A DNA stretch of 63,910 nt, the filler included. It is 4 parts of 4 records of this genome, joined end to end, with 100 filler letters (N's around TTAATTAATTAA, not from the genome) between each part and the next. Parts side by side here need not be neighbours in the genome. Positions count along the whole stretch, not along the records: positions 1 to 23,657 come from SRR20825019_2211; 3 more parts are not named here. One strand, given 5' to 3'. A model generated the notes under the pieces. It made no database searches, had not been told where the DNA came from, and was given only the letters and a program-made list of their open reading frames with translations. Of the stretch, positions 9,415 through 20,234 are shown piece by piece; positions within the stretch are counted from its first letter, which is position 1, and every line of letters begins with the position of its first letter. The translations under genes and the position numbers were made by a program.

Positions 9415-11343
9415 ATGGCAAACCGCTTCCGAAGAAATCCAACCAGCCATGTTTTTCCGGGCAGTCGCGGTCTGCTACTGCTGGCGGGACTGGTTGCTGG
9501 ACTGACATTCGGCTATCAGGATGCCAATGCATTTTCTCTTTTCGGCATTCACCTGTTTGGTGAAAAAGAAGAGGAAAGCCAGGATTTAAGAGACCCTGTA
9601 CGTTACACGGTTTCCTTTTCCGTTGAAGGTGGAAACAGCGAACTTGAAGGTTTTCTGAAACGGCGCTCGCTCCTCATGGATGGCAGCGACAAGCCGGTGG
9701 ACGGCGACCTTGGGGTGGTTGTCCGGGCGCGTGATGACCTTCAGCTCCTTGTCGGATCGTTGTACGAGAAGGCCTATTACGGCGGCATCGTCAACATCGT
9801 GGTGGATGGAACGCCACTGGACGAGATCGCCGGAATACCGGAGTTCGGCCGGATCGATCCGGTTCCGGTCAAGGTTCACATTCAGGCGGGGCCACAATTC
9901 AGCTTCGCACAGATCGATCTTCAGGGCGATGCAGCGAAGTTCAATCCGGCTGACATAGGCCTGGTTACAGGCGCGCCAGCCTATTCGACGGCGATTCTCT
10001 CGGCAGCAAGAAAAATCACCACCGATCTGAAAAGTGAAGGCCACCCCTTTGCAAAGATTACAAACCGCGAAGTCATCGCCAACCATGCCAACAGTTCGGT
10101 AAAGGTGATGATCGATGCCCTTGCCGGCCCGAAAGTCAATCTCGGACCGATTGCTATTCAGGGTTCGGAGGCCGTCGACCCCGGATTCATCCGGACCTAC
10201 TCACGGCTGAAAGCAGGTGAAACCTATTCACCGGAAGAACTGAACGAAGCAGCAAACCGTCTGCGCAAGCTCAACACATTTCAGACAGTCAACATTGTGA
10301 CCGGCGATACACTCGACGAAAACGGGCAGCTGCCGACCACAATCAACGTCAAGGACGGCAAGTTCCGCTATTTCGGTTTCGGCGCCCAGATTTCCTCCAT
10401 TGATGGCCTCGGTCTGGAAAGTTATTGGGGCCACCGCAATCTTTTCGGCCATGCCGAGGGCTTGCGGCTGGAAGCCGCGGTTTCACGAATCGGTGAAGCC
10501 AGCGAAATCAGCGATCTGGACCTTGCAGGTGGCATCACCTTCACCAAGCCCGGTTTCCTGACCCCTTCCGGCGTGCTGAAGGCAAGCCTGATCACCACCT
10601 CGGAAAACCCCGATCCCTATGACGCACTTTCTGTTGCGGCGACACTTGGATACACGTTTGAACAGAGCGACTACAACACGATCACGCTTTCAACGGCCAC
10701 CACCTATTCCAACATCAAGGACGCGTTCGGTACCAATGATTATCTGACGCTCTCCGCCCCGATTGGCTTTGACCGTGACACGCGTGACGATGCATTGAAC
10801 CCGACCGAAGGTGTATACCTGATCACCACGGCAGAACCGGCATACGATTTTCTCGGGAACACGTTTTTCACGAGTTTTGACGCCATCGGATCTACCTATT
10901 TCACGCCCGGCAACACAGACCGGTTCACACTGGCCGGACGTGTCGGCGTCGGAACGATTGTCGGCGGTGAAAGTCTGAAAGACATACCGGCTACAAAGCG
11001 GTTTTACGCCGGTGGCGGCGGGAGTGTGCGCGGCTATGCCTATCAGAGCATCTCACCGCGCAACGGTGAAGGGCTGGAAACCGGGGGGCGCTCTTATGTT
11101 CAGGCCAATATTGAGGCGCGGATCGGCATAACGGACAAAATTCAGATCGTTCCGTTCATGGATGCTGTCGACGTTTCAGACAAAAACTTTCCGGATTTCG
11201 GCGATATTCGTGCAAGCGCTGGGCTTGGTGTACGCTACCTGACCGGATTTGGTCCCATCCGGCTTGACGTGGCGCTGCCACTTGATCGTTATAAAGGTGG
11301 CGACCGCTATGGAATTTATGCCGGTATAGGCCAGAGCTTCTAA
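9415..11343 (+). CDS. tamA: Translocation and assembly module outer-membrane protein TamA
   Basis: POTRA-like N-terminal region, RFYAGGGGSVRGY Omp85 motif, C-terminal IGQSF; lies upstream of tamB; start uncertain. Confidence 0.9.
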   Translation: MANRFRRNPTSHVFPGSRGLLLLAGLVAGLTFGYQDANAFSLFGIHLFGEKEEESQDLRDPVRYTVSFSVEGGNSELEGFLKRRSLLMDGSDKPVDGDLGVVVRARDDLQLLVGSLYEKAYYGGIVNIVVDGTPLDEIAGIPEFGRIDPVPVKVHIQAGPQFSFAQIDLQGDAAKFNPADIGLVTGAPAYSTAILSAARKITTDLKSEGHPFAKITNREVIANHANSSVKVMIDALAGPKVNLGPIAIQGSEAVDPGFIRTYSRLKAGETYSPEELNEAANRLRKLNTFQTVNIVTGDTLDENGQLPTTINVKDGKFRYFGFGAQISSIDGLGLESYWGHRNLFGHAEGLRLEAAVSRIGEASEISDLDLAGGITFTKPGFLTPSGVLKASLITTSENPDPYDALSVAATLGYTFEQSDYNTITLSTATTYSNIKDAFGTNDYLTLSAPIGFDRDTRDDALNPTEGVYLITTAEPAYDFLGNTFFTSFDAIGSTYFTPGNTDRFTLAGRVGVGTIVGGESLKDIPATKRFYAGGGGSVRGYAYQSISPRNGEGLETGGRSYVQANIEARIGITDKIQIVPFMDAVDVSDKNFPDFGDIRASAGLGVRYLTGFGPIRLDVALPLDRYKGGDRYGIYAGIGQSF

Positions 11344-11486
11344 AGCATTTAGTCCCCCAAGAGCGACCGGGCCGGAATACTTTCAAACTCCCGATAAATA
11401 TGGTTTACGCCTATGTATTGGCATTTTCCTGCCATATGCTTGTGACTGAAATAGCCTATCTACGTTAAAAGGATGACTTCACCGCG

Positions 11487-14400
11487 ATGCGCAAGAAAAC
11501 AGGCCCTCTGAAATTTCTGTTCCGGCTGTTTGGCGGTTTGATCATTGCCATCATCCTTTTAATTGCTGCCGTCTTCGTCACGGTCGGCTTCACTGACGTC
11601 GGCGCAAATTTTGCTGTGCGTGAAATCACCAAGCGGATAGCCTCCCCCAATTTCGCTGTGCACGTCGGTCAGGTCAGCGCACCACTGACTGGACATTTCA
11701 CCGTCGATTCGGTTGAAATCGAGGACAAGGACGGCCCTTATCTTGAGATCACGAATATTGATCTCCAGTGGTCACCGATGGCGCTTTTCAGAAAACGGTT
11801 TTCCGCTTCAAGCCTTTCGGCAGCATCGATTGAACTGAAACGTCTGCCTGCAAGCGGCGAAGCGAAGGAAGAACAGCAAACCTCAGGCGGAGGCTTCTCG
11901 CTGCCTATCGAAATTGCCGTTGATCGCTTTGACTTTCCGAAGATCGATATCGATCAGCCGGTTCTGGGTGAAGCTTATCCACTGTCTGCCACCGGACGCG
12001 CCGAAGCGCTCGAGAATCGGATTTCCGGCGTTCTCGATGCCCAGCACCGTGCGCGGCCAGCCACATATGTCAGCGCCGACGTGGACTATGCACCAAACGA
12101 CAATCGTCTGAATATCAAGGCCGAGGTCAATGAACCGGAGGGGGGAGTCGTCGCAACCCTGATGAAACTGCCCGATGCGCCTGCGCTCAATATTCAGTTA
12201 AACGGCGGTGGTCCGTTGTCCGACTGGTCCGGCAAACTCGATGCAAAGCTTGCGGGCAAGGATCTTGGCTCGGTTGATGTTACGCACAAGCTGAACAACG
12301 CCGGCGACCGCTCGGTGACGGTGACCGGAACGGGGCAATTCGCACCGCTTGCGCCCGAACCCTTCAATGCGCTTGTCGAAGGAACCACCAATCTCGATAT
12401 CGCCGTCTCGATGGCACAGACGGGTCGGATCTCGATTGATAGAGGCTCCGTTTCCACCGGCAGTTTTATGCTGAATGCCAGCGGGGCTTATGATCCTGGC
12501 GGCCAGAACGACCTCAGGGCGACACTTGCCGGTATCGATGGCGCAGACATTCCGTTTTCATGGCCGCTTGGCGACGACACCCTGGATCTTGCGATTGGCA
12601 ATGCCAATGTCTCGCTTTCCGGCAGCGCCGACAATGCCAGCCTTTCGGCAAATATCGGCCTGAACCGCCTTTCCGTACCGCAGGCCACGGCTTCGGGCAT
12701 AGCACTGACCGCAAGCGGAACCGGCATCAACCTGCAGAACCAGACCGGCAAGATCGACACGGCTCTGTCTGTTGATGATGTGACGCTTGCCAATGAAAGC
12801 ATAGCCGCCTTCGTTCAGGCGCCACTGACGCTTGAAGCGCCGATAACGCTGCAGAAGGGGAGCATAGCCATTGATCCGCTCACGCTGGAAAGCGGTAGCA
12901 TCGGCGCCACGCTCAACGCTTCCTTTGACAAGAGTGCAAAAACCGTTGACGGACACGCAAAGATTTTCGTGCTGGCAGATGCTCTGCCCGCTGCTGCCGC
13001 CAAGATGATCGACGGCGTAACCCGGCTCGAAAGTAGCTTCGAGGCCACGACCGGCGGTGATGTGAAACTCTCCGATCTTCAGGTTGAAAACAATCTGCTG
13101 AAAGCCGATGGCAATGTCGCACTGGCTGAGGGAGAACTTGATGCCAACCTCAAAACGGCCTTCAAGGATCTGTCACGCCTCGCCGCGCAACTTTCCGGTC
13201 AGGCGACGCTCTCCGTCTCCGCCAAGGGTGCAGTTGCAAGCCCGGACGTGAATGCCCAGATCGAAGCGGATACGCTTCAGATTACCGGCGAAACGCTGAA
13301 GAACTTCACCCTCTCGCTCAACGGCAAGGCAGACCCGAGCGCACCGTCGGGTAACCTCAATGCCACCGGGACTTATGCCGGTGCGCCCTTGTCCCTGGCC
13401 GCAAGCGTCGCCTCATCGGATGGCTCCATCAACATTCAGGACATTGAAGGCAAGGTTGGCAGAAACAACCTCTCCGGCAATGTCGAGCTGAATGGAAAGT
13501 TTCTGCCTTCCGGCAGCCTTGATTTTGACTTTCCCGACCTGAAATTGCTTGCGGCTCTGGCAGGCCAGTCGGCCAGCGGTGGCATTTCCGGCCAGATTGC
13601 GCTGGACAACGCCTCGGACAAGCTCGGGCTTTCGCTGGATGCCAAAAGTGAAAGCGTTACCTTCTCCGACATTACCGCACGCGCAATCGATGCCGACATC
13701 ACGGTTTCAGATGCACAGGCACTGAAGGCATCCGGCAGCGTGAAAGTCGGCTCTGTCGCCGTTGCTGGAAAAACCGTTACCGATATCGCTCTGACGGCCA
13801 GCAATAATGGCTCTGCGACGAATTTCAACCTTGCCGCCAGATATGAACGCGATCCGGTGGAAGTGGCTGCCAGCGTTATTCGCGGTGAGACCATGGAGAT
13901 CGACCTGACAAAATTGCAGGGCTCGCCGATGGCGCTTGCACTCAGCCTTGCAGAACCGGGGCGCATCGTCATTTCCAATGGCACTGCCAACATCAAGAAA
14001 CTTGCAATTGGTATCGGCGGAGGAACCGTCAGCGCCAGCGGCACGGCTGGCGAGAGCCTCAATCTGAATGTCACGATCAATGGCGTATCACCGAACCTTG
14101 CCAATGTATTCGTACCCAATCTTGGGGCCGAGGGTGCAATCTCGGGAACGGTAAACGTCACCGGCAAGGCATCGAGCCCGGTCGTCGATTATGATATCCG
14201 TCTCGCCAATGGCAATGTCGCGCAAAGCAAGCGCCTCGGTGTACCTGCGATTACCGTGACCACAAGCGGCCGCTATGCTGAAAACCGTGTGACAACAAAC
14301 ACAACGATGACCAATGCCCGTGGCCTGAACATGACCGCAAGCGGCTCTGTCGGTCTTGGTGGCAGTATGCCGCTTGATCTTGCCATCAGGGGTGATTTCC

Positions 14401-15656
14401 CACTGACGGCCTTGTCGGCCATGGCGGCAGATGCAGGGTTTGCAGTGGCTGGAAAGGCCAATGCTGACCTGACAATCGGTGGACAGGTCTCAAACCCCTC
14501 ATTTGGTGGTGGTATCAATCTGAGCGTACGGTCCATTACCGACCTGAGACGAAACATCTCGCTGAACACAATCAATGGCCGCCTCACGTTTAGCGGCAAC
14601 CGTATCCTGACGGAGAACATCAAGGGTAACCTGAGTGGTGGCGGTACGATTGCCGTCGATGGCACGATTGACCTTACCGGACAGTTCCCGGCTTCGCTGA
14701 AGCTGACAGCTGACCGGGCCGTGATCACCGATGGTTCGCTTCTTTCAACGACCGCAGATGGCACTCTTTCGCTTGAGGGGCCTCTTCTCGGTGAACCCAC
14801 GATTTCGGGCCGCATCCGTCTGTCGCGCACAGCCATCACCATTCCCGAACGTCTGCCCGCCTCTATATCGGAAATCACAATCGTGCATCAAGATGCCTCT
14901 GCGGCGGTACTGCGTCAGGCGCAGGAGATACAGCCGCGCGAGGCCACGGAAGCCCGCACCGCATTCAAGCTGGACATTACTGTATCAGCACCGAATGCGA
15001 TTTTTGTCCGCGGTCGCGGCGTGGATGCAGAGTTGGGTGGCGAAGTCAGCATCTCCGGAACCACCCTCAACCCTATCGTATCCGGCGGTTTCGAACTGGT
15101 GCGTGGACGTCTTTCGGTTCTCAACCGCCGCCTGGATTTTGAAAGCGGACGGATCACCTTCGGCGGCTCGCTGGTTCCGATCATCGATCTGCGCGCAACC
15201 ACGACGGCGGACAGCACCAATATCACAATCTCGCTTCGGGGTGTCGCGAACAATCCGCAGGTTTCGCTTAGCTCCTCTCCGGCTCTGCCGCAGGATGAGA
15301 TCCTGGCGCGACTGCTGTTCAACCGCCCGTCAGCCAACCTTTCGGCTCTCCAGATCGCCCAGCTTGCCGACGCAGTGATCCAGCTAACAGGCGGCACGGA
15401 TCAGTCGCTTTTCAATTCACTGCGCGATGTTCTCGGTTTTGACAACCTAGACCTTTCAACGGACGAAAGCGGCAACACCTCTGTGAGCGTCGGAAAATAT
15501 CTCAATGAGAATACATATCTGGAAATCGAACAGAGCCAGGACACGGGTACGCAGGCGAATGTGAACATTGACCTAGGTCGCAATTTCATTCTGAAGGGGT
15601 CGGCTGGATCACGTGGCGAGGCATCAGGGGGGCTATTCTACGAGCGGGAATACTGA
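11487..15656 (+). CDS. tamB: Translocation and assembly module protein TamB
   Basis: N-terminal membrane anchor, long beta-rich body and C-terminal DUF490-like region (LPQDEILARLLF). Confidence 0.92.
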   Translation: MRKKTGPLKFLFRLFGGLIIAIILLIAAVFVTVGFTDVGANFAVREITKRIASPNFAVHVGQVSAPLTGHFTVDSVEIEDKDGPYLEITNIDLQWSPMALFRKRFSASSLSAASIELKRLPASGEAKEEQQTSGGGFSLPIEIAVDRFDFPKIDIDQPVLGEAYPLSATGRAEALENRISGVLDAQHRARPATYVSADVDYAPNDNRLNIKAEVNEPEGGVVATLMKLPDAPALNIQLNGGGPLSDWSGKLDAKLAGKDLGSVDVTHKLNNAGDRSVTVTGTGQFAPLAPEPFNALVEGTTNLDIAVSMAQTGRISIDRGSVSTGSFMLNASGAYDPGGQNDLRATLAGIDGADIPFSWPLGDDTLDLAIGNANVSLSGSADNASLSANIGLNRLSVPQATASGIALTASGTGINLQNQTGKIDTALSVDDVTLANESIAAFVQAPLTLEAPITLQKGSIAIDPLTLESGSIGATLNASFDKSAKTVDGHAKIFVLADALPAAAAKMIDGVTRLESSFEATTGGDVKLSDLQVENNLLKADGNVALAEGELDANLKTAFKDLSRLAAQLSGQATLSVSAKGAVASPDVNAQIEADTLQITGETLKNFTLSLNGKADPSAPSGNLNATGTYAGAPLSLAASVASSDGSINIQDIEGKVGRNNLSGNVELNGKFLPSGSLDFDFPDLKLLAALAGQSASGGISGQIALDNASDKLGLSLDAKSESVTFSDITARAIDADITVSDAQALKASGSVKVGSVAVAGKTVTDIALTASNNGSATNFNLAARYERDPVEVAASVIRGETMEIDLTKLQGSPMALALSLAEPGRIVISNGTANIKKLAIGIGGGTVSASGTAGESLNLNVTINGVSPNLANVFVPNLGAEGAISGTVNVTGKASSPVVDYDIRLANGNVAQSKRLGVPAITVTTSGRYAENRVTTNTTMTNARGLNMTASGSVGLGGSMPLDLAIRGDFPLTALSAMAADAGFAVAGKANADLTIGGQVSNPSFGGGINLSVRSITDLRRNISLNTINGRLTFSGNRILTENIKGNLSGGGTIAVDGTIDLTGQFPASLKLTADRAVITDGSLLSTTADGTLSLEGPLLGEPTISGRIRLSRTAITIPERLPASISEITIVHQDASAAVLRQAQEIQPREATEARTAFKLDITVSAPNAIFVRGRGVDAELGGEVSISGTTLNPIVSGGFELVRGRLSVLNRRLDFESGRITFGGSLVPIIDLRATTTADSTNITISLRGVANNPQVSLSSSPALPQDEILARLLFNRPSANLSALQIAQLADAVIQLTGGTDQSLFNSLRDVLGFDNLDLSTDESGNTSVSVGKYLNENTYLEIEQSQDTGTQANVNIDLGRNFILKGSAGSRGEASGGLFYEREY

Positions 15657-15835
15657 GGTGGCGCTGAACTTTTCCTGAAAGCCTTGAGCCGAAAATCGGT
15701 AATCTTCATGACAGTCTCCACCGCAACTTTCTTTTGAAGTGGACGCACACACCTGTTGCGAAGTGTATTACATCTCTTGATTTTCATGACCTTTCTGCTT
15801 CTCTTGTTTCGGGGTTACAAACGGAAACACAGAAC

Positions 15836-16972
15836 ATGAAAGCGGGAACCGTGCAGACACGTCCAAAGCTGACCATCGCAACAAACACTGCGGTTTGCCT
15901 GGCTGTCCTGTTGTCACTATTCGGCGGCCTTTTGGCGTCGGCAGCAGCGCAGGACAATACATCACCGCGTGAGATAACAGTTGGCTATCTGACAATACGC
16001 CCGTTTGTCACGGTCGGCCCTGATGGCGAACTCGGCGGGATGGCCGTTGAACTCTGGCAGGCTATTGAGAACAACCTGGGCTACGACTCGAGCTATGTCG
16101 AATACGGTAATGTCGCCCGTATGCTTGAGGCGACAGCGGCCGGTGATATCGATATCGCAATCGGCGCCATTTCCATCACTGAAGAGCGTACACAATCGGT
16201 CGACTTTACCCAGCCTTGGTTTGATTCCGGGTTGCGGATCCTGATTGATAATCACAGTACTTCAGCCATTGGAAATATCTGGAGCGGTCTGGCCGATGCC
16301 GGTCATCTTCGGTTTTACGGATGGCTGATCGGCTTCATTCTGGCCGGAACAATAGGGCTGACTCTGTTTGACCGTCATTTCGACAAGGCCTTCCCGCGGC
16401 GTTGGCGCGAGGGACTTTCTGAGAGCTTTTATGCAGTGATGCTGGTTGCCACCAAAGGAACACTGCCAAGCCGCTCCAAGCTTTTCGGGTGGTATGGAAA
16501 GATATTCGCGGCCTTTTGGCTGGTCGTCGGCATTGCTGTTGTCGCTTATGTAACCTCATCCGTTACGAGCGTTATGACCACCATCGCCATACAGGGTGAT
16601 ATCACCGGACCCGACGATCTTCCGGGCCACAGCGTCGGCGTTCTGGAAGGTAGTACGGCACAGTCTCTGGCTGACCGGATGAATTATGATTACACCGCAT
16701 ACGCGAATATGGACGATGCGGTCTCAGCGCTCAGCAGCAACGCGGTGGATGCAGTGGTGGGCGACGCGCCGGTACTGGAATATTACAAGGCTCAGAATGA
16801 CGATGGTGGCCTCGATGTTGTCGGTCGCTTATTTGCAAAGGAAAAATTCGGATTTGCCCTGCCCTATGCGGATAATTCGTTGATTTTCCCGGTCACCGTC
16901 GAGCTGTTGGCGCTTCAGGAGACCGGTTTCGTAAAAGAGCTTTCGCAGAAATACTTTGGAGACGAGCGGTAA
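15836..16972 (+). CDS. GluR0-like ligand-gated ion channel: amino-acid-binding domain split by an M1-P-M2 pore
   Basis: S1 with AISITEER, two transmembrane helices with an intervening pore helix, S2 with GST and VGDAPVL. Confidence 0.85.
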   Translation: MKAGTVQTRPKLTIATNTAVCLAVLLSLFGGLLASAAAQDNTSPREITVGYLTIRPFVTVGPDGELGGMAVELWQAIENNLGYDSSYVEYGNVARMLEATAAGDIDIAIGAISITEERTQSVDFTQPWFDSGLRILIDNHSTSAIGNIWSGLADAGHLRFYGWLIGFILAGTIGLTLFDRHFDKAFPRRWREGLSESFYAVMLVATKGTLPSRSKLFGWYGKIFAAFWLVVGIAVVAYVTSSVTSVMTTIAIQGDITGPDDLPGHSVGVLEGSTAQSLADRMNYDYTAYANMDDAVSALSSNAVDAVVGDAPVLEYYKAQNDDGGLDVVGRLFAKEKFGFALPYADNSLIFPVTVELLALQETGFVKELSQKYFGDER

Positions 16973-16983
16973 AACCGCTCGTC
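16961..16983. terminator. Hairpin between convergent genes, overlapping the channel gene stop codon
   Basis: Perfect GACGAGCGGT-AAA-ACCGCTCGTC stem; no strong U-tract. Confidence 0.55.
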
Positions 16984-16991
16984 CTGTGTGA

Positions 16992-18554
16992 TCATTCCCA
17001 CTCGATGGTGCCTGGCGGCTTTGATGTCACATCATAGACCACACGATTGATGCCACGAACCTCGTTGATGATGCGGGTAGCTGCCTTGCCGAGGAAATTC
17101 ATGTCATACTGATAGAAATCCGCCGTCATGCCATCCACCGAGGTCACGGCGCGCAGCGCGCAGACAAACTCATAGGTGCGGCCATCGCCCATAACGCCAA
17201 CGGTCTGAACCGGCAGGAGAACAGCGAAAGCCTGCCAGATCACATCGTAGAGACCGGCTTTGCGAATTTCATCGAGATAGATGGCATCGGCCTCACGCAG
17301 GATATCCAGTTTTTCACGGGTCACGCCACCGGGAAGGCGGATGGCAAGCCCCGGCCCCGGAAACGGATGGCGGCCGATGAAACTGTCCGGCAGCCCAAGC
17401 TCGCGGCCAAGTGTGCGCACCTCATCCTTGAACAGTTCGCGCAACGGCTCGACAAGCTGCATGTTCATGCGCTCCGGCAAACCACCGACATTATGGTGTG
17501 ATTTGATCGTAACCGAGGGGCCACCGGAGAAGGAAACACTTTCGATCACATCCGGATAGAGCGTGCCCTGTCCGAGGAAATCCGCACCTCCGAGCTTTTT
17601 GGCTTCTTCCTCGAACGTCTCGATGAAAAGGCGACCAATGATCTTGCGCTTGGCTTCAGGGTCGGCCACGCCTTCCAGCTCACCGACAAACTTGTCGACC
17701 GCATCCACATGAATGAGGTGCAGATTGTAGTGTTCGCGGAACATGGCGACCACTTCATTGGCCTCGTTTTTCCGCATCAACCCGTGGTCTACGAGAATGC
17801 AGGTCAGCTGCTCACCAACCGCCTCATGGATCAACAGCGCCGCGACAGAAGAATCAACCCCACCGGAAAGCGCGCAAATGACGCGCCGATCCCCGATCTG
17901 TTCCCGGATCTTCTGAACCATTTCGGCGCGGTAGGCTGCCATTGACCAGTCGGATTTCAACCCGGCCACATTGTGGACGAAGTTGGCCAGAAGTTTTGCA
18001 CCATCCGGCGTATGCACCACTTCCGGATGGAACTGCACACCGTAAATCTTGCGCTTCTCATCCGCGATGAAAGCAAATGGCGCATTGTCCGAGACGGCCA
18101 GAACCTCGAACCCTTCCGGCAGTGCTGTTACACGATCACCATGCGACATCCAGACCTGATGTTCAGAGCCGAGCGGCCAGAAGTCGTTGAATATTTCCGA
18201 AGGCTTTTCGATACGCAGTTGCGAACGGCCGAATTCTCCGTGATGCCCGGCTTCAACGATACCACCCAGTTGATGGCAAAGCGCCTGCTGACCGAAGCAG
18301 ATTGCAAAAGTCGGAAGCTCGCTTTTCAAAATGGCTTCCGGTACCAGCGGCGCATTTTCATCCAACGCAGAGGCCGGGCTACCGGACAAGATCAGAGCTT
18401 TGGGCTGCAGGCGCTCAAGCCCCTCTTCCGCTTTCTGAAATGGCACGATCTCGCAAAACACACCCGTTTCGCGCACGCGACGGGCGATCAGCTGCGTAAC
18501 CTGGCTGCCGAAATCGATAATAAGGACGGAATCGGGATGCGTAATCTCTGTCAT
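16992..18554 (-). CDS. guaA: GMP synthase (glutamine-hydrolysing)
   Basis: DFGSQ, ICFG, QFHPEV, SGGVDS and KPPGTIEWE motifs. Confidence 0.98.
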   Translation of the reverse strand: MTEITHPDSVLIIDFGSQVTQLIARRVRETGVFCEIVPFQKAEEGLERLQPKALILSGSPASALDENAPLVPEAILKSELPTFAICFGQQALCHQLGGIVEAGHHGEFGRSQLRIEKPSEIFNDFWPLGSEHQVWMSHGDRVTALPEGFEVLAVSDNAPFAFIADEKRKIYGVQFHPEVVHTPDGAKLLANFVHNVAGLKSDWSMAAYRAEMVQKIREQIGDRRVICALSGGVDSSVAALLIHEAVGEQLTCILVDHGLMRKNEANEVVAMFREHYNLHLIHVDAVDKFVGELEGVADPEAKRKIIGRLFIETFEEEAKKLGGADFLGQGTLYPDVIESVSFSGGPSVTIKSHHNVGGLPERMNMQLVEPLRELFKDEVRTLGRELGLPDSFIGRHPFPGPGLAIRLPGGVTREKLDILREADAIYLDEIRKAGLYDVIWQAFAVLLPVQTVGVMGDGRTYEFVCALRAVTSVDGMTADFYQYDMNFLGKAATRIINEVRGINRVVYDVTSKPPGTIEWE

Positions 18555-18597
18555 GGCAGGACCTTCTGACGGCGAATGGAAGGGCTAAAAGCTGGCT

Positions 18598-19230
18598 TTA
18601 GATTGGAATCGCGCCCGTTTCAATGGCATGATCAAGCTGATCGACGATCAACGCCAGTTTTTCATCAATTATGCTGAGATATTGTGTCCAGTCATCGATA
18701 TGCTTCAACTCTTCCCGTCCGTCGGAAATACCACGAAAGGCCAGCAATGCCACATTGAATGCCTGCGTGGCGCGCAAAAGCGAGAAGGTTTCCATGTCCA
18801 CCATATCAGCCTTGATCGCATCGTAGGCGGTGCCCGAAACGACATTGCCGCCGGTTGAAAGGCTGGCGGACGGCACACCAGGCAACCGAAATGGCAGGGC
18901 CACATCATGCGGCAGATCCAGAAACGGGGTTCGCCCTTTCTCAAAGCCCAGCGGTGAAGCATCCATGTCACGATAACAAACGGTTGAGACTTGATAGACT
19001 TCCGTTTGCTCCAGCCTGGCAGAACCGGCAGATCCCAGCGACACGACGAGATCGGGAAGCCGGCCTTCGGCTTTCATCTCTGCCAGCACCTTTGTGAGTT
19101 GAACGGCGCCCTCCACAGGACCAATCCCGGTCATCAGCGGGTTAATACGCGCGCTCAACTGCGTACCGTATTCAGCGGCGGCGGCCATCACGAACAACAG
19201 TTTCTTACCGCCGATTTCCTTAATTCGCAT
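18598..19230 (-). CDS. 5'-methylthioadenosine/S-adenosylhomocysteine nucleosidase family protein
   Basis: GIGPVE, GSAG, VDMET and RGISD motifs; start moved to 19230 to avoid overlapping the PaaI gene. Confidence 0.85.
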   Translation of the reverse strand: MRIKEIGGKKLLFVMAAAAEYGTQLSARINPLMTGIGPVEGAVQLTKVLAEMKAEGRLPDLVVSLGSAGSARLEQTEVYQVSTVCYRDMDASPLGFEKGRTPFLDLPHDVALPFRLPGVPSASLSTGGNVVSGTAYDAIKADMVDMETFSLLRATQAFNVALLAFRGISDGREELKHIDDWTQYLSIIDEKLALIVDQLDHAIETGAIPI

Positions 19231-19231
19231 G

Positions 19232-19681
19232 TTAGGCTTCAAACCCTTCCCGACCTCTGACAACCATGCTGGTTCCTGTCATCGAAGCAATCAGCTTTGC
19301 GGCTCCATCGCCAATGGCATAACCGCGCCCGTCGGTAACGATGATGTTGGTGCCGGGTTTTGTCACTTCTCCGCGAAACAGGAAACGGTTTCCACGCCCC
19401 GGCGACATCATGTTGACCTTGAATTCTATTGTAAGCAAAGCGGCATCGGTGTCGATCATGGTGTAGGCAGCATAATTGCAGGCCGTATCCAGTCCGGCAG
19501 CAATGATCCCGGCATGCAGAATGCCGTGCTGCTGCGTAAGCTTTTTATCGAAGGGCAACTCGATTTCGACCACACCATGGCTGATGCGCGTCAATTCCGC
19601 GCCGATCAGCGTCATCGCGCCCTGGCTGGCAAAGCTGTTCACGATCCGGGCGTGAAAATCGCCGTGCTGATATCCCGTCAT
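19232..19681 (-). CDS. PaaI-family thioesterase
   Basis: QQHGILHAG..LDTAC hotdog-fold motif. Confidence 0.9.
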   Translation of the reverse strand: MTGYQHGDFHARIVNSFASQGAMTLIGAELTRISHGVVEIELPFDKKLTQQHGILHAGIIAAGLDTACNYAAYTMIDTDAALLTIEFKVNMMSPGRGNRFLFRGEVTKPGTNIIVTDGRGYAIGDGAAKLIASMTGTSMVVRGREGFEA

Positions 19682-19751
19682 CCGTACCTCTCATTTTGAT
19701 CAAAGAGTGGCACGGGCGCAGGCAGTCAACAAGCTTGCGCGGCACAAATCC

Positions 19752-20207
19752 TCAGTTGAGGTAAACAATGGAACCGTTCAGGATCATCGCAAATCCGACC
19801 CAGAGCGCATAGGGAATGAACAGGATCGCAGAAAATCGTTCGCGCCGCCATGCCAGAGCGATAAACGCAAGAATGCCGACGAACATGAACAGGATGATCA
19901 AAAAGGCCATGAATGTGAAATGCAGGCCGAAGAATGCCGGGGACCAGCTGAAATTCATCACCAGGAGCACACCCCACAGCCAGAACAGGACCGCCCTTTC
20001 CTGTCGCGCCAGAAAAAGCCGTGCGCCGGCCCAGCCGATCAGGACATAAAGAACTGTCCAGGCAGGAGCGAACAACCAGTTCGGTGGATTGAACGGGGGT
20101 TTAACCAGCGCCTCATACCATTCACCGGGCATATTGGTCATGCCGATGATGAAGCCGACCACTAAAACGGCACAGATGAAAAAGGCGTGCGTGTAAATTC
20201 TTCTCAT
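19752..20207 (-). CDS. tspO: TspO/MBR family protein
   Basis: WY..LxKP..PPxW.F...WTxLY, WSxxFF and PYxxWxxFA motifs. Confidence 0.92.
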   Translation of the reverse strand: MRRIYTHAFFICAVLVVGFIIGMTNMPGEWYEALVKPPFNPPNWLFAPAWTVLYVLIGWAGARLFLARQERAVLFWLWGVLLVMNFSWSPAFFGLHFTFMAFLIILFMFVGILAFIALAWRRERFSAILFIPYALWVGFAMILNGSIVYLN

Positions 20208-20234
20208 AATCAGAACCAATGGTGCCGGTCAGGC

